The position numbers and the translations under genes are program-made. A stretch of DNA of 64,000 nucleotides, taken from Eledone cirrhosa (Eukaryota). The stretch is from NCBI GenBank assembly GCA_964016885.1, contig OZ024742.1:204042001-204106000 (forward strand), read 5' to 3'. The notes under the pieces were generated by a model. The model saw only the letters and a program-made list of their open reading frames with translations. It did not search any database and had not been told where the DNA came from. Below are positions 37,408-53,200 of the stretch, one piece after another (within the stretch, counting starts at the first letter, position 1; every line of letters begins with the position of its first letter).

Positions 37408-37597
37408 AATTGTTTCTACTTTTGGCACAAGGCCAGCAATTACCCAGTACCTTACTGGTACTTTATTTTATCGACCCCGTAAGGATGAAAGGCAAAGTTA
37501 ACCTCGGCGTGATTTGAACTCAGAATGGCAAGGGGCGTAACTCTATGCGTCAAAGAATGGCGTCCGAGCCTCTACCGATACTGCCAATCCACCGCCC
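37408..37597 (-). mobile_element. Full-length tRNA-derived SINE with a probable aacaaaataat target-site duplication
   Basis: Same head, core and tail as the other copies. aacaaaataat occurs at 37400-37410 and 37600-37610. Confidence 0.88.
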
Positions 37598-37614
37598 TAA
37601 ACAAAATAATAATA

Positions 37615-37781
37615 GAAGATTAGTCCAGCCCCGCTTTTTGGAACACTTTAAAAGGCATGCTTGCTGGGAACAGCAAGAACCCTCAGATACGTCCTGAATA
37701 TCTGAGGCTGCAGGTAGCCGCTTGATATTCATTTCAACAACTTTCCAGTTAAATAACATCAATGACTGAGACTCAAAGAAC
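37615..37781 (+). mobile_element. Short 3' fragment of R4/Dong-like family 2
   Basis: It matches about 31085-31235 and ends gactcaaagaac(aat)n. Confidence 0.85.
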
Positions 37782-37899
37782 AATAATAATAAACAATAAT
37801 AATTTGAAGATCAATAAGAAAAATTTATTAAGTAAAAATCAAATCAATAAAATAATAAATAATAACAAAATAGACTATTGAATAAGTAACAATTAGTTA

Positions 37900-38222
37900 C
37901 TATGTGTTAGGCTGTGTGAGTGTGTTTGTATGTTTCGTGTGTGTGGTTTGTATGAGGTGTGTGTGTGAGTGTGTTTGTTGTGTGTGTCGTGTGTGAAGTG
38001 TGTGTCTGAATGTCTGTTTGTGTGGTGTTTGTGCGTATGTAAATTATGCCTGTGGTGTGAGTAAGTGCATGTGTGTGTTGTGTGGGTGTGTGTATGTGTA
38101 GTGTGTGTCTGTCGGAGTATGTTTGGGTGTGATATGTCTACAGAGTATGTGACTGAGGTGAATGTGTATGTGTGTGTGTGTGTGTGTGTATGTGTCTGTG
38201 TGTGTATGTGTGTGTGTGTGTG
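37900..38222. repeat. Degenerate (GT)n tract
   Basis: Read directly. Confidence 0.85.
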
Positions 38223-38269
38223 AATACACCAAAGAAGCTTTCGTTTTTTGAAGAGTTGTGAAAAAATCA

Positions 38270-41200
38270 AGTTATAACGAGGAGACATACACAATATGTA
38301 GACTATAGCTGTGTTACAACAGTTATAACGAGCTGATATATACTATATGTAGACTCTAGCTGTGTTACAACAGTTATAACGAGGAGATATATACTATATG
38401 TAGACTATAGCTGTGTTACAATAGTTATAACGAGGTGATATATAATATGTAGACTATAGCTGTGTTACAACAGTTAAAATGAGATGATATATACTATATG
38501 TAGACTATAGCTGTGTTACAATAGTTATAATGAGTTGATATATACTATATGTAGAATATAGCTGTGTTACAACAGTCAGTTATGACGAGGTAATATATAT
38601 AATATGTAGACTATAGCTATGTTACAACAGTTATAACGAGGTAATATATACTATATGTAGACTATAGCTCTGTTACTACAGTTATAACGAGGTGTAATAT
38701 ACTATATGTAGACTATAGCTATATTACAACTGTTATAACGAGGTGTAATATACTATATGTAGACTATAGCTGTGTTACAATAGTTATAACGAGGTGTAAT
38801 ATACTATATGGAGACTATAGCTATGTTACAACTGTTATAACGAGGTGATATATACTATATGTAGACTATAGCTATGTTACAACAGTTATAAAGAGGTGTA
38901 ATATACTATATATAGACTATAGCTGGGTTACAATAGTTATAACGAGGTGATATATAATATGTAGACTATAGCTGTGTTACAATTGTTATAATGAGGTGAT
39001 ATATACTATATGTAGACTACAGCGGTGTTACAATAGTTATAACGAGGTGATATATAATATGTCGACTATAGCTGTGTTACAATAGTTATAATGAGTTGAT
39101 ATATACTATATGTAGACTACAGCTGTGTTACAACAGTTATAACGAGATGATATATACTATATGTAGACTATAGCTGTGTTACAATAGTTATAACGAGGTG
39201 TAATATACTATATGGAGACTATAGCTATGTTACAACTGTTATAAAGAGGTGTAATATACTATATATAGACTATAGCTGTGTTACAATTGTTATAACGAGG
39301 TGATATATAATATGTAGACTATAGCTGTGTTACAATAGTTATAATGAGGTGATATATACTATATGTAGACTACAGCGGTGTTACAATAGTTATATCGAGG
39401 TGATATATAATATGTAGACTATAGCTGTGTTACAATAGTTATAATGAGTTGATATATACTATATGTAGACTACAGCTGTGTTACAACAGTTATAACGAGA
39501 TGATATATAATATGTAGACAATAGCTGTGTTACAACTGTCATAACGAGGTGATATATACAATATGTAGACTATAGCTGTGTTACAACAGTTATGACGAGG
39601 TGTAATATACTATATGTAGACTATAGCTATGTTACAACTGCTATAACGAGGTGATAAATACTATATGTAGACTATAGCTGTGTTACAACAGTTATAACGA
39701 CGTGATATATACTATATGTAGACTCTAGCTGTGTTAAAACTGCTATAACGAAGTGATATATACAATGTGTATACTATAGCTGTGTTACAACAGTTATGAC
39801 GAGGTGTAATATACTATATGTAGACTATAGCTATGTTACAACTGCTATAACGAGGTGATATATACTATATGTAGACTATAGCTGTGTTACAACTGCTATA
39901 ACGAGGTGATATATACTATATGTAGACTATAGCTATGTTACAACTGCTATAACGAGGTGATATATACTATATGTAGACTATAGCTATGTTACAACAGTTA
40001 TAACGAGGTGTTATATACTATATGTAGAGTATAGCTATGTTACAATAGTTATAATGAGGTGATATATACTATATGTAGACTATAGCTGTGTTATAACAGT
40101 TATAACGAGGTGATGTATACTATATCTATACTATAGCTATGTTATAACAGTTATAACGAGGTGATGTATACTATATATAGAATATAGCTGTGTTACAACA
40201 GTTATAACGTGGTGTAATATACTACATGTAGACTATAGCGGTGTTACAATAGTTATAACGAGGTGATATATAATATGTAGACTATAGCTGTGTTACAACT
40301 GTCATAACGAGGTGATATATACTATATGTAGACTATAGCTATGTTACAACAGTTATAATGAGGTGATATATACTATATTTAGACTAAAGCTCTGCTACAA
40401 CAGATATAAAGAGGTTATATATACTATATGTAGACTATAGCTATGTTACAACTGTTATAACGAGGTGTAATATACTATATGTAGACTATAGCTGTGTTAC
40501 AACAGTTGTAACGAGGTGATATATACTATATGTAGACTATAGCTATGTTACAACAGTTATAATGAGGTGATATATACTATATCTATACTATAGCTGTGTT
40601 ACAACAGTTATAACGAGGTGACATATACTATATGTAGACTATAGCTGTGTTACAACAGTTATAATGAGGTGATATATACTATATGTAGACTATAGCTGTG
40701 TTACAACTGTTATAACGAGGTGATAAATACTATATGTAGACTATAGCTGTGTTACAACAGTTATAACGAGGAGATATATACTATATGTAGACTATAGCTG
40801 TGTTACAATAGTTATAACGAGGTGATATATAATATGTAGACTATAGCTGTGTTACAACAGTTAAAATGAGATGATATATACTATATGTAGACTATAGCTG
40901 TGTTACAATAGTTATAATGAGTTGATATATACTATATGTAGAATATAGCTGTGTTACAACAGTCAGTTATGACGAGGTAATATATATAATATGTAGACTA
41001 TAGCTATGTTACAACAGTTATAACGAGGTAATATATACTATATGTAGACTATAGCTCTGTTACTACAGTTATAACGAGGTGTAATATACTATATGTAGAC
41101 TATAGCTATGTTACAACTGTTATAACGAGGTGTAATATACTATATGTAGACTATAGCTGTGTTACAATAGTTATAACGAGGTGTAATATACTATATGGAG

Positions 41201-44200
41201 ACTATAGCTATGTTACAACTGTTATAACGAGGTGATATATACTATATGTAGACTATAGCTATGTTACAACAGTTATAAAGAGGTGTAATATACTATATAT
41301 AGACTATAGCTGGGTTACAATAGTTATAACGAGGTGATATATAATATGTAGACTATAGCTGTGTTACAATTGTTATAATGAGGTGATATATACTATATGT
41401 AGACTACAGCGGTGTTACAATAGTTATAACGAGGTGATATATAATATGTCGACTATAGCTGTGTTACAATAGTTATAATGAGTTGATATATACTATATGT
41501 AGACTACAGCTGTGTTACAACAGTTATAACGAGATGATATATACTATATGTAGACTATAGCTGTGTTACAATAGTTATAACGAGGTGTAATATACTATAT
41601 GGAGACTATAGCTATGTTACAACTGTTATAAAGAGGTGTAATATACTATATATAGACTATAGCTGTGTTACAATTGTTATAACGAGGTGATATATAATAT
41701 GTAGACTATAGCTGTGTTACAATAGTTATAATGAGGTGATATATACTATATGTAGACTACAGCGGTGTTACAATAGTTATATCGAGGTGATATATAATAT
41801 GTAGACTATAGCTGTGTTACAATAGTTATAATGAGTTGATATATACTATATGTAGACTACAGCTGTGTTACAACAGTTATAACGAGATGATATATAATAT
41901 GTAGACAATAGCTGTGTTACAACTGTCATAACGAGGTGATATATACAATATGTAGACTATAGCTGTGTTACAACAGTTATGACGAGGTGTAATATACTAT
42001 ATGTAGACTATAGCTATGTTACAACTGCTATAACGAGGTGATAAATACTATATGTAGACTATAGCTGTGTTACAACAGTTATAACGACGTGATATATACT
42101 ATATGTAGACTCTAGCTGTGTTAAAACTGCTATAACGAAGTGATATATACAATGTGTATACTATAGCTGTGTTACAACAGTTATGACGAGGTGTAATATA
42201 CTATATGTAGACTATAGCTATGTTACAACTGCTATAACGAGGTGATATATACTATATGTAGACTATAGCTGTGTTACAACTGCTATAACGAGGTGATATA
42301 TACTATATGTAGACTATAGCTATGTTACAACTGCTATAACGAGGTGATATATACTATATGTAGACTATAGCTATGTTACAACAGTTATAACGAGGTGTTA
42401 TATACTATATGTAGAGTATAGCTATGTTACAATAGTTATAATGAGGTGATATATACTATATGTAGACTATAGCTGTGTTATAACAGTTATAACGAGGTGA
42501 TGTATACTATATCTATACTATAGCTATGTTACAACAGTTATAACGAGGTGATGTATACTATATATAGAATATAGCTGTGTTACAACAGTTATAACGTGGT
42601 GTAATATACTACATGTAGACTATAGCGGTGTTACAATAGTTATAACGAGGTGATATATAATATGTAGACTATAGCTGTGTTACAACTGTCATAACGAGGT
42701 GATATATACTATATGTAGACTATAGCTATGTTACAACAGTTATAATGAGGTGATATATACTATATTTAGACTAAAGCTCTGCTACAACAGATATAAAGAG
42801 GTTATATATACTATATGTAGACTATAGCTATGTTACAACTGTTATAACGAGGTGTAATATACTATATGTAGACTATAGCTGTGTTACAACAGTTGTAACG
42901 AGGTGCTATATACTATATGTAGACTATAGCTATGTTACAACAGTTATAATGAGGTGATATATACTATATCTATACTATAGCTGTGTTACAACAGTTATAA
43001 CGAGGTGACATATACTATATGTAGACTATAGCTGTGTTACAACAGTTATAATGAGGTGATATATACTATATGTAGACTATAGCTGTGTTACAACTGTTAT
43101 AACGAGGTGATAAATACTATATGTAGACTATAGCTGTGTTACAACAGTTATAATGAGGTGATATATACTATATGTAGACTATAGCTGTGTTACAACTGTT
43201 ATAACGAGGTGATATATACTATATCTATACTATAGCTGTGTTGCAACTGTTATATCGAGGTGATATATACTATATGTAGACTATAGCCGTGTTACAATAG
43301 TTATAATGAGTTGATATATACTATATGTACACTATAGCTGTGTTACAACAGTCAGTTACGACGAGGTAATAAATATAATATGTAGACTATAGCTATGTTA
43401 CAACAGTTGTAGCGAGGTAATATATACTATATGTAGACTCTAGCTGTGTTACAACAGTTATAGCGAGGTATTATATACTATATGTAGACTATAGCTGTGT
43501 TACAACAGTTATAACGAGGTGATATATGCGATATGTAGACTATAGCTATGATAAAACTGTTATAACGAGGTGATATATACTATATGTAGAATATAGGTAT
43601 CTTGCAACACGTATAACGAGGTGTAATATACTATATGTAGACTATAGCTGTGTTACAATAGTTATAACGAGGTGATATATAATATGTAGAGTATAGCTGT
43701 GTTACAACTGTCATAACGAGGTGATATATACTATATGTAGAATATAGCCATGTTACAACAGTTATAATGAAGTGATATATACAATATTTAGACTAAAGCT
43801 GTGTTACAACAGTTATAGTGAGATGATATATGCTATATGTAGACTATAGCCATGTTACAAGAGTTATAACGAGCTGATATATAATATGTAGACTATAGCT
43901 GTGTTACAACTGTTATAACGAGGTGATATATACTATATGTAGACTATAGCTGTGTTACAACAGTTATATGGAGGTGTAATATACTATATGTAGACTATAC
44001 TTTTTTTTACAATAGTTATAACGAGATGATATATAATATGTAGACTATAGCTGTGTTACAACACTTATAACGAGATGATGTATACTATATGTAGACTATA
44101 GCCGTGTTACAACAGTTATAACGAGGTGATATATATTATATGTAGACTCTATCTGTGTTACAACTGCTATAACGAGGTGATATATACAATATGTAGACTA

Positions 44201-47200
44201 TAGCTATGTTACAACAGTTATAACGAGGTGTAATATACTATATGTAGACTATAGCTGTGTTACAATAGTTATAACGAGGTGATATATAATATGTAGAGTA
44301 TAGCTGTGTTACACCTGTCATAACGAGGTGATATATACTATATGTAGAATATAGCTATGTTACAACAGTTATAATGAGGTGATATATACTATATTTAGAC
44401 TAAAGCTGTGTTGCAACAGTTATAAAAAGGTGATATATGCTATATGTAGACTATAGCCATGTTACAACAGTTATAACGAGGTGATATATGCTCTATGTAG
44501 ACTATAGTTGTGTTACAATAGTTATAACGAGGTGATATATAATATGTAGACTATAGCTGTCTTACAACTGTTATAACGAGGTGGTATATACTATATGTAG
44601 ACTATAGCTGTGTTACAACAGTTATATGCAGGTGTAATATACTATATGTAGACTCTAGTTGTGTTACAACTGGTATAACGAGTTGATATATACAATATGT
44701 AGACTATAGCAGTGTTACAACTGCTATAAAGAGGTGATAGATACTATATGTAGACTATAGCTGTGTTACAACAGTTATAACGATGTGATATATATTATAT
44801 GTAGTCTCTAGCTGTGTTACAACTGCTATAACGAGGTGATATATACAATATGTAGACTATACCTGTGTTACAACAGTTATGACGAAGTGTAATATACTAT
44901 ATGTAGACAATAGCTATGTTACAACTGCTATAACGAGGTGATATATACTATATATATAGACTATAGCTACGTTACAACAGTTATAACGAGGTGTAATATA
45001 CTATATGTAGACTATCGATATATGTTACAATAGTTATAATGAGGTGATATATACTATATGTAGAATATAGCTGTTTTCTAACAGTTATAACAAGGTGATA
45101 TATAATATATCTATACTATAGCTATGTTACAACAGTTATAACAAGGTGATGTATATTATATATAGAATATATCTGGGTTACAACAGTTATAACAAGGTGT
45201 AATATACTATATGTAGACTATAGCTATGTTACAATAGCTATAACGAGGTGATATATAATATGTAGAATATAGCTGTGTTACAACAATTATAACGAGGTGA
45301 TATATACTATATCTATACTATAGCTGTGTTACAACTGTTAAAACGAGGTGATATATACTATATGTAGACTATAGCTATGTTACAATAGTTATAATGAGGT
45401 GATATATACTATATTTAGACTAAAGCTCTGTTACAACCGTTATAAAGAGGTGATATATACTATATGTAGATTATAGCTAAGTTACAACTGTTATAACGGG
45501 GTGTAATATACACTATGTAGATTATAGCCATGTTACAACTGTTATAACGAGGTGTAATATACTATATGTAGACTATAGCTATGTTACAACAGTTATAACG
45601 AGGTTATATATACTATATGTAGACTATAGCTGTGTTACAATAGCTATAACGAGGTGATATATACTATATCTATTCAATAGCTGTGTTACAACAGTTATGA
45701 GGCGGTGTAATATACTATATGTAGACTATAGCTATGTTACAACTGCTGTAACGAGGTGATATATACTATATATAGCCTATAACTATATTACAACAGTTAT
45801 AACGAGGTGTAATATACTATATGTCGACTATAGCTATGTTACAATAGTTATAATGAGGTGATATATACTATATGTAGAATATAGCTGTGTCACAACAGTT
45901 ATAACGAGGTGATATATACTATATCTATAATATAGCTATGTTACAACAGTTATAAGAAGGTGATGTATACTGTATGTAGAATATAGCTGTGTTACAACAG
46001 TTATAACGAGGTGTAATATACTATATGTAGACTATAGCTGTGTTACAATAGTTATAACGAGGTGATATATAATATGAAGACTATAGCTGTGTTACAACAG
46101 TTATAGCGAGGTGTAATATACTATATCTATACTATAGCTGTGTTACAACAGTTATAACGAGGTGATATATACTATATGTAGACTATAGCTGTGTAACAAC
46201 AATTATAACGAGGTGATATATACTATATCTATACTATAGCTGTGTTACAACAGTTATAACGAGGTGATATATACTATATCTATACTATAGCTGTGTTATA
46301 ACAGTTATAACGAGGTGATATATACTATATCTAGACTATAGCTGTGTTACAATAGTTATAATGAGGTGATATATACTATATGTATATTATAGTTGTGTTA
46401 TAATTGTTATAACGAGGTGATATATACTCTATCTATACTATAGCTGTGTTGCAACTGTTATAACGAGGTGATATATACTACATGTAGACAATAGCTGTGT
46501 TACAATAGTTATGACGAAATTATATATACTATATGTATACTATAGCTGTGTTACAACAGTTATAACGAGGTGATATATACTATATGTAGACTATAGCTGT
46601 CTTACAATAGCTATAACGAGGTGATATATAATATGTAGATTATAGCTGTGTTACAACAGTTATGACGAGCTGTAATATACTATATGTAGACTATAGCTAT
46701 GTTACAACAGTTATAACGAGGTGATATATACTATATGTAGACTCTAGCTATGTTACAACAGTTATAACGAGGTGTAATATACTATATGTAGAGTATAGCT
46801 ATGTTATAATAGTTATAATGAGGTGATATATACTATGTAGACTATATCTGTGTTACAACAGTTATAATGAGGTGATATATACTATATGTAGACTATAGCT
46901 GTGTTATAACTGTTATAACGAGGTGATATATACTATATCTATACTATAGCTGTGTTGCAACTGTTATATCGAGGTGATATATACTATATGTAAACTATAG
47001 TTGTGTTACAATAGTTATAATGTGTTGATATATACTATATGTAGACTATAGCTGTGTTACAACAGTCAGTTATGACGAGGTAATATATATAATATGTAGA
47101 CTATAGCTATGTTACAACAGTCATAACGAGGTAATATATACTATTTAGACTCTAGCTGTGTTACAACAGTTATAACGAGGTGTAATATACTATATGTAGA

Positions 47201-50200
47201 CTATAGCTGTGTTACAACTGTTATAACGAGGTGATATATATTATATGTAGAATGTAGCTATGTTACAACTGTTATAACGAGGTGATGTATACTATATGTA
47301 GAATATAGCTATCTTACAATAGTTATAACGAGGTGTAATATACTATATCTATACTATAGCTATGTTACAATAGTTATAATGAGGTGATATATACTATATG
47401 TAGACTATAGCTGTGTTACAACAGTTATAACGAGGTGATATATACTATATGTAGACTATAGTTATGTTACAACTGTTATAACGAGGTGATATATACTATA
47501 TGTAGAATATAGCTATCTTACAACAGTTATAACGAGGTGTAATATACTATATGTAGACTATAGCTGTGTTACAATAGTTATAACGAGGTGATATATAATA
47601 TGTAGACTATAGCTGTGCCACAACTGTCATAACGAGGTGATATATAATATATGTAGAATATAGCTATGTTACATCAGTTATAATGAGGTGATATATACAA
47701 TATTTAGACTAAAGCAGTGTTACAACAGCTATAGAGAGGTGATATATGCTATATGTAGACTATAGCCATGTTACAAAAGTTATAACGAGGTGATATATAA
47801 TATGTAGACTATAGCCGTGTTACAACTGTTATAACGAGGTGATATATACTATATGTAGATAATAGCCGTGTTACAACAGTTATATGGAGGTGTAATATAC
47901 TATATGTAGACTATAGCTATGTTACAATAGTTATAATGAGGTGATATATATTATATGTAGAATATAGCTGTGTTACAACAGTTATAACGAGGTGATATAT
48001 ACTATATGTACAAGATAGCTATGTTACAACAGTTATAATGAGGTGATATATACTATATTTAGACTAAAGCTGTGTTACAACAGTTGTAAAAAGGTGATAT
48101 ATGCTATATGTAGACTATAGCCATGTTACAACAGTTATAACGAGGTGATATATGCTATATGTAGACTATAGTTGTGTTACAATAGTTATAACGAGGTGAT
48201 ATATAATATGTAGACTATAGCTGTGTTACAACAGTTATAACGAGTTGATGTATACTATATGTAGAATATAGCTGTGTTACAACAGTTATAACGAGGTGAT
48301 ATATACTATATGTACACTCTAGCTGTGTTACAACTGGTATAACGAGTTGATATATACAATATGTAGACTATAGCTGTGTTACAACAGATATGACGAGGTG
48401 TAATATACTATATGTAGACTATAGCTATGTTACAACTGCTATAACGAGGTGATAGATACTATATGTAGACTATAGCTGTGTTACAACAGTTATAACGAGG
48501 CGATATATATTATATGTAGACTCTAGCTGTGTTACAACTGCTATAACGAGGTGATATATATAATATGTAGACTATAGCTGTGTTACAACAGTTAGGACGA
48601 GGTGTAATATACTATATGTAGACTATCGCTATGTTACAATAGTTATAATGAGGTGATATATATTATATGTAGAATATAGCTGTGTTCCAACCGTTATAAC
48701 GAGGTGATATATACGATATCTATAATATAGCTATGTTACAACAGTTATAACAAGGTGATGTATACTATATGTAGAATATAGCTGTGTTACAACAGTTATA
48801 ACGAGATGTAATTTACTATATGTAGACTACGGCTATGTTATAACAGTTATAACGAGGTGATATATAATATGTAGACTATAGCTGTGTTACAACAATTATA
48901 ACGAGGTGATATATACTATATCTATACTATAGCTGTGTTACAACAGTTATAACGAGGTGATATATACTATATGTAGACTCTAGCTGTGTTACAACAGTTA
49001 TAATGAGGTGATATATACTATATGTAGACTATAGCTATGTTACAACTGTCATAGCGAGGCGATATATACTATATGTAGACTATAGCTATGTTACAACAGT
49101 TATAATGAGGTGATATATATTATATTTAGACCAAATCTCTGTTACAACCGTTATAAAGAGGTGATATATACTATATGTAGACTATAGCTATGTTACAACT
49201 CTTATAACGAGGTGTAATATACCATATGTAGACTATAGCTATGTTACAACTGTTATAACGAGGTGATATATACCATATGTAGTCTATAGCTATGTTACAA
49301 CAGTTATAACGAGGTGATATATACCATATGGAGACTATAGCTATATTAAAACAGTTATAACGAGGTGATATATACTACATGTAGACTATAGCTGTGTTAC
49401 AATAGTTATAACGAGATGATATATACTATATCTATAATATAGCTGTGTTACAACAGTTATAACGAGGTGATATATACTATATGTAGACTATAGCTGTGTT
49501 ACAACAGTTATAACGAGGTGATATATACTATATGTAGATTATAGCTGTCTTACAATAGCTATAACGAGGTGATTTATAATATGTAGACTATAGCTGTGTT
49601 ACAATAATTATAACGAGGTGATATATACTATATCTATACTATAGCTGTGTTACAACAGTTTTAACGAGGTGATATATACTATATGTAGACTCTAGCTGTG
49701 TTACAACAGTTATAATGAGGTGATATGTACTATATGTAGACAATAGTTGTGTTACAACTTTTATAACGAGGTGTTAATTACTATATGTAGACTATAGCTA
49801 TGTTACAACTGTCATAGGGAGGCGATATATACTATATGTAGACTATAGCTATGTTACAACAGTTATAATGAGGTGTTATATACTATATTTAGACCAAATC
49901 TCTGTTACAACCATTATAAAGAGGTGATATATACTATATGTAGACTATAGCTGTGTTACAACAGTTATAACGAGGTGATATATACTATATGTAGATTATA
50001 GCTATGTTACAATAGCTATAACGAGGTGATTTATAATATGTAGACTATAGCTCTGTTACAACTGTTATAACGAGGTGATATATACTATATATAGACTATA
50101 GCTATGTTACAACAGTTATTACGAGGTGTAATATATTATATGTAGACTATAGCTATGTTACAATAGTTATAACGAGGTGATATATAATATGTAGTGTATA

Positions 50201-53200
50201 GCTATGTTACAACTGTCATAACGAGGTGATATCTACTATATGTAGAATATAGCTATGTTACAACAGTTATAATGAGGTGATATATAGTATATTTAGATTA
50301 AAGCTGTGTTACAACAGTTATAAAGAGGTGATATATGCTATATGTAGACTATAGCCATGTTACAACAGTTATAACGAGGTGATATATGCTATTTGTAGAC
50401 TATAGCAGCGTTACAATAGTTATAATGAGGTGATATATACTATATGTAGATTCTAGCTGTGTTACAACAGTTCTAACTAGGTGATATATACTATATGTAG
50501 ACTATAGCTGTGTTACAACAGTTATAATGAGGTATAATATACTATATGTAGACTATAGTTGTGTTACAATAGTTATAACGAGGTGATATATAATATGTAG
50601 ACTATAGCTGCGTTACAACTGTTATAACGAGGTGATATATACTATATCTATAATATAGCTATGTTACAACAGTTATAAGAAGGTGATGTATACTATATGT
50701 AGAATATAGCTGTGTTACAACAGTTATAACGAGGTGTAATATACTATATGTAGACTATAGCTGTGTTACAATAGTTATAACGAGGTGATATATAATATGT
50801 AGACTATAGCTGTGATACAACAGTTATAACGAGGTGTAATATACTATATGTAGACTACAGCTATGTTATAACAGTTATAACGAGGTGATATATAATATGC
50901 AGACTATAGCTGTGTTACAATAATTATAACGATGTGATATATACTATATCTATACTATAGCTGTGTTACAACAGTTATAACGAGGTGATATGTTCTATAT
51001 GTAGACTCTAGCTGTGTTACAACAGTTATAATGAGGTGATATGTACTATATGTAGACAATAGTTGTGTTACAACTTTTATAACGAGGTGTTATTTACTAT
51101 ATGTAGACTATAGCTATGTTACAACTGTCATAGCGAGGCGATATATACTATATGTAGACTATAGCTATGTTACAACTGTTATAATGAGGTGATATGTACT
51201 ATATGTAGACAATAGTTGTGTTACAACTTTTATAACGAGGTGTTAATTACCAAATCTCTGTTACAACCGTTATAAAGAGGTGATATATACTATATGTAGA
51301 CTATAGCTATGTTACAACTGTTATAACGAGGTGTAATATACCATATGTAGACTAGAGCTATGTTACAACTGTTATAACGAGGTGATATATACCATATGTA
51401 GTTTATAGCTATGTTACAACAGTTATAACGAGCTGATATATACCATATGTAGACTAAAGCTCTGTTACAACATTTATAACGAGGTGATATGTATTATATG
51501 TAGACTCTAGCTGTGTTACAACTGCTATAACGAGGTGATATATACATTATGTAGACTATAGCTGTGTTACAACAGTTATGACGAGGTGTAATATACTATA
51601 TCTAGACTATAGCTATGTTACAATAGTTATAATGAGGTGATATACTATATGTAGAAAATAGCTGTGTTACAACAGTTATAACGAGGTGATATATACTATA
51701 TCTATACTATAGCTATGTTACAACAGTTATAAGAAGGTGATGTATACTGTATGTAGAATATAGCTGTGTTACAACAGTTATAACGAGGTGTAATATACTC
51801 TATGTAGACTATAGCTGTGTTACAATAGTTATAACGAGGTGTAATATACTATATCTATACTATAGCTGTGTTACAACTGTTATAACGAGGTGTAATATAC
51901 TATATGTAGACTATAGCTATGTTACAACTGTTATAACGAGGTGATATATACTATATGTAGACTATAGCTATGTTACAACAGTTATAACGAGAGGATATAT
52001 ACTATATGTAGACTATAGCTGTGTTACAACAGTTATAACGAGGTGATATATACTATATGTAGATTATAGCTGTCTTACAATAGCTATAACGAGGTGATTT
52101 ATAATATGTAGACTATAGCTGTGTTACAACTGTTATAACGAGGTGATATATACTATATGTAGACTATAGCTATGTTACAACAGTTATTACGAGGTGTAAT
52201 ATTTTATATGTAGACTATAGCTATGTTACAATAGTTATAACGAGGTGATATATAATATGTAGTGTATAGCTATGTTACAACTTTCATAACGAGGTGATAT
52301 ATACTATATGTAGAATATAGCTATGTTACAACAGTTATAATGAGGTGATATATACTATATTTAGACTAAAGCTGTGTTACAACAGTTATAAAGAGGTGAT
52401 ATATGCTATATGTAGACAATAGCCATGTTACAACAGTTATAACGAGGTGATATATGCTATTTGTAGACTATAGCAGCGTTATAATAGTTATAATGAGGTG
52501 ATATATACTATATGTAGACTCTAGCTGTGTTACAACAGTTATAACTAGGTGATATATACTATATGTAGACTATAGCTGTGTTACAACAGTTATAATGAGG
52601 TATAATATACTATATGTAGACTATAGTTGTGTTACAATAGTTATAACGAGGTGATATATAATATGTAGACTATAGCTGTGTTACAACTGTTATAACGAGG
52701 TGATATATACTATATGCAGACTATAGCTGTGTTACAACAGTTATATGGAGGTGTAATGTACTATATCTAGACTATAGTTGTGTTACAATAGTTATAACGA
52801 GGTGATATATAATATGTAGACTATAGCTGTGTTACAACAGTTATAACGAGGTGATGTATACTATATGTAGAATATAGCTGTGTTACAACAGTTATAACGA
52901 GGTGATATATACTATATGTAGACTCTAGCTGTGTTACAACTGGTATAACGAGTTGATATATAGAATATGTAGACTATAGCTGTGTTACAACAATTATGAT
53001 GAGGTCTAATATATTATATGTAGACTATAGCTATGTTACAACTGCTATAACGAGGTGATAGGTACTATATGTAGACTATAGCTGTGTTACAACATTTATA
53101 ACGAGTTGATATATATTATATGTAGACTCTAGTTGTGTTACAACTGCTATAACGAGGTGATATATACAATATGTAGACTATAGCTGTGTTACAACAGTTG

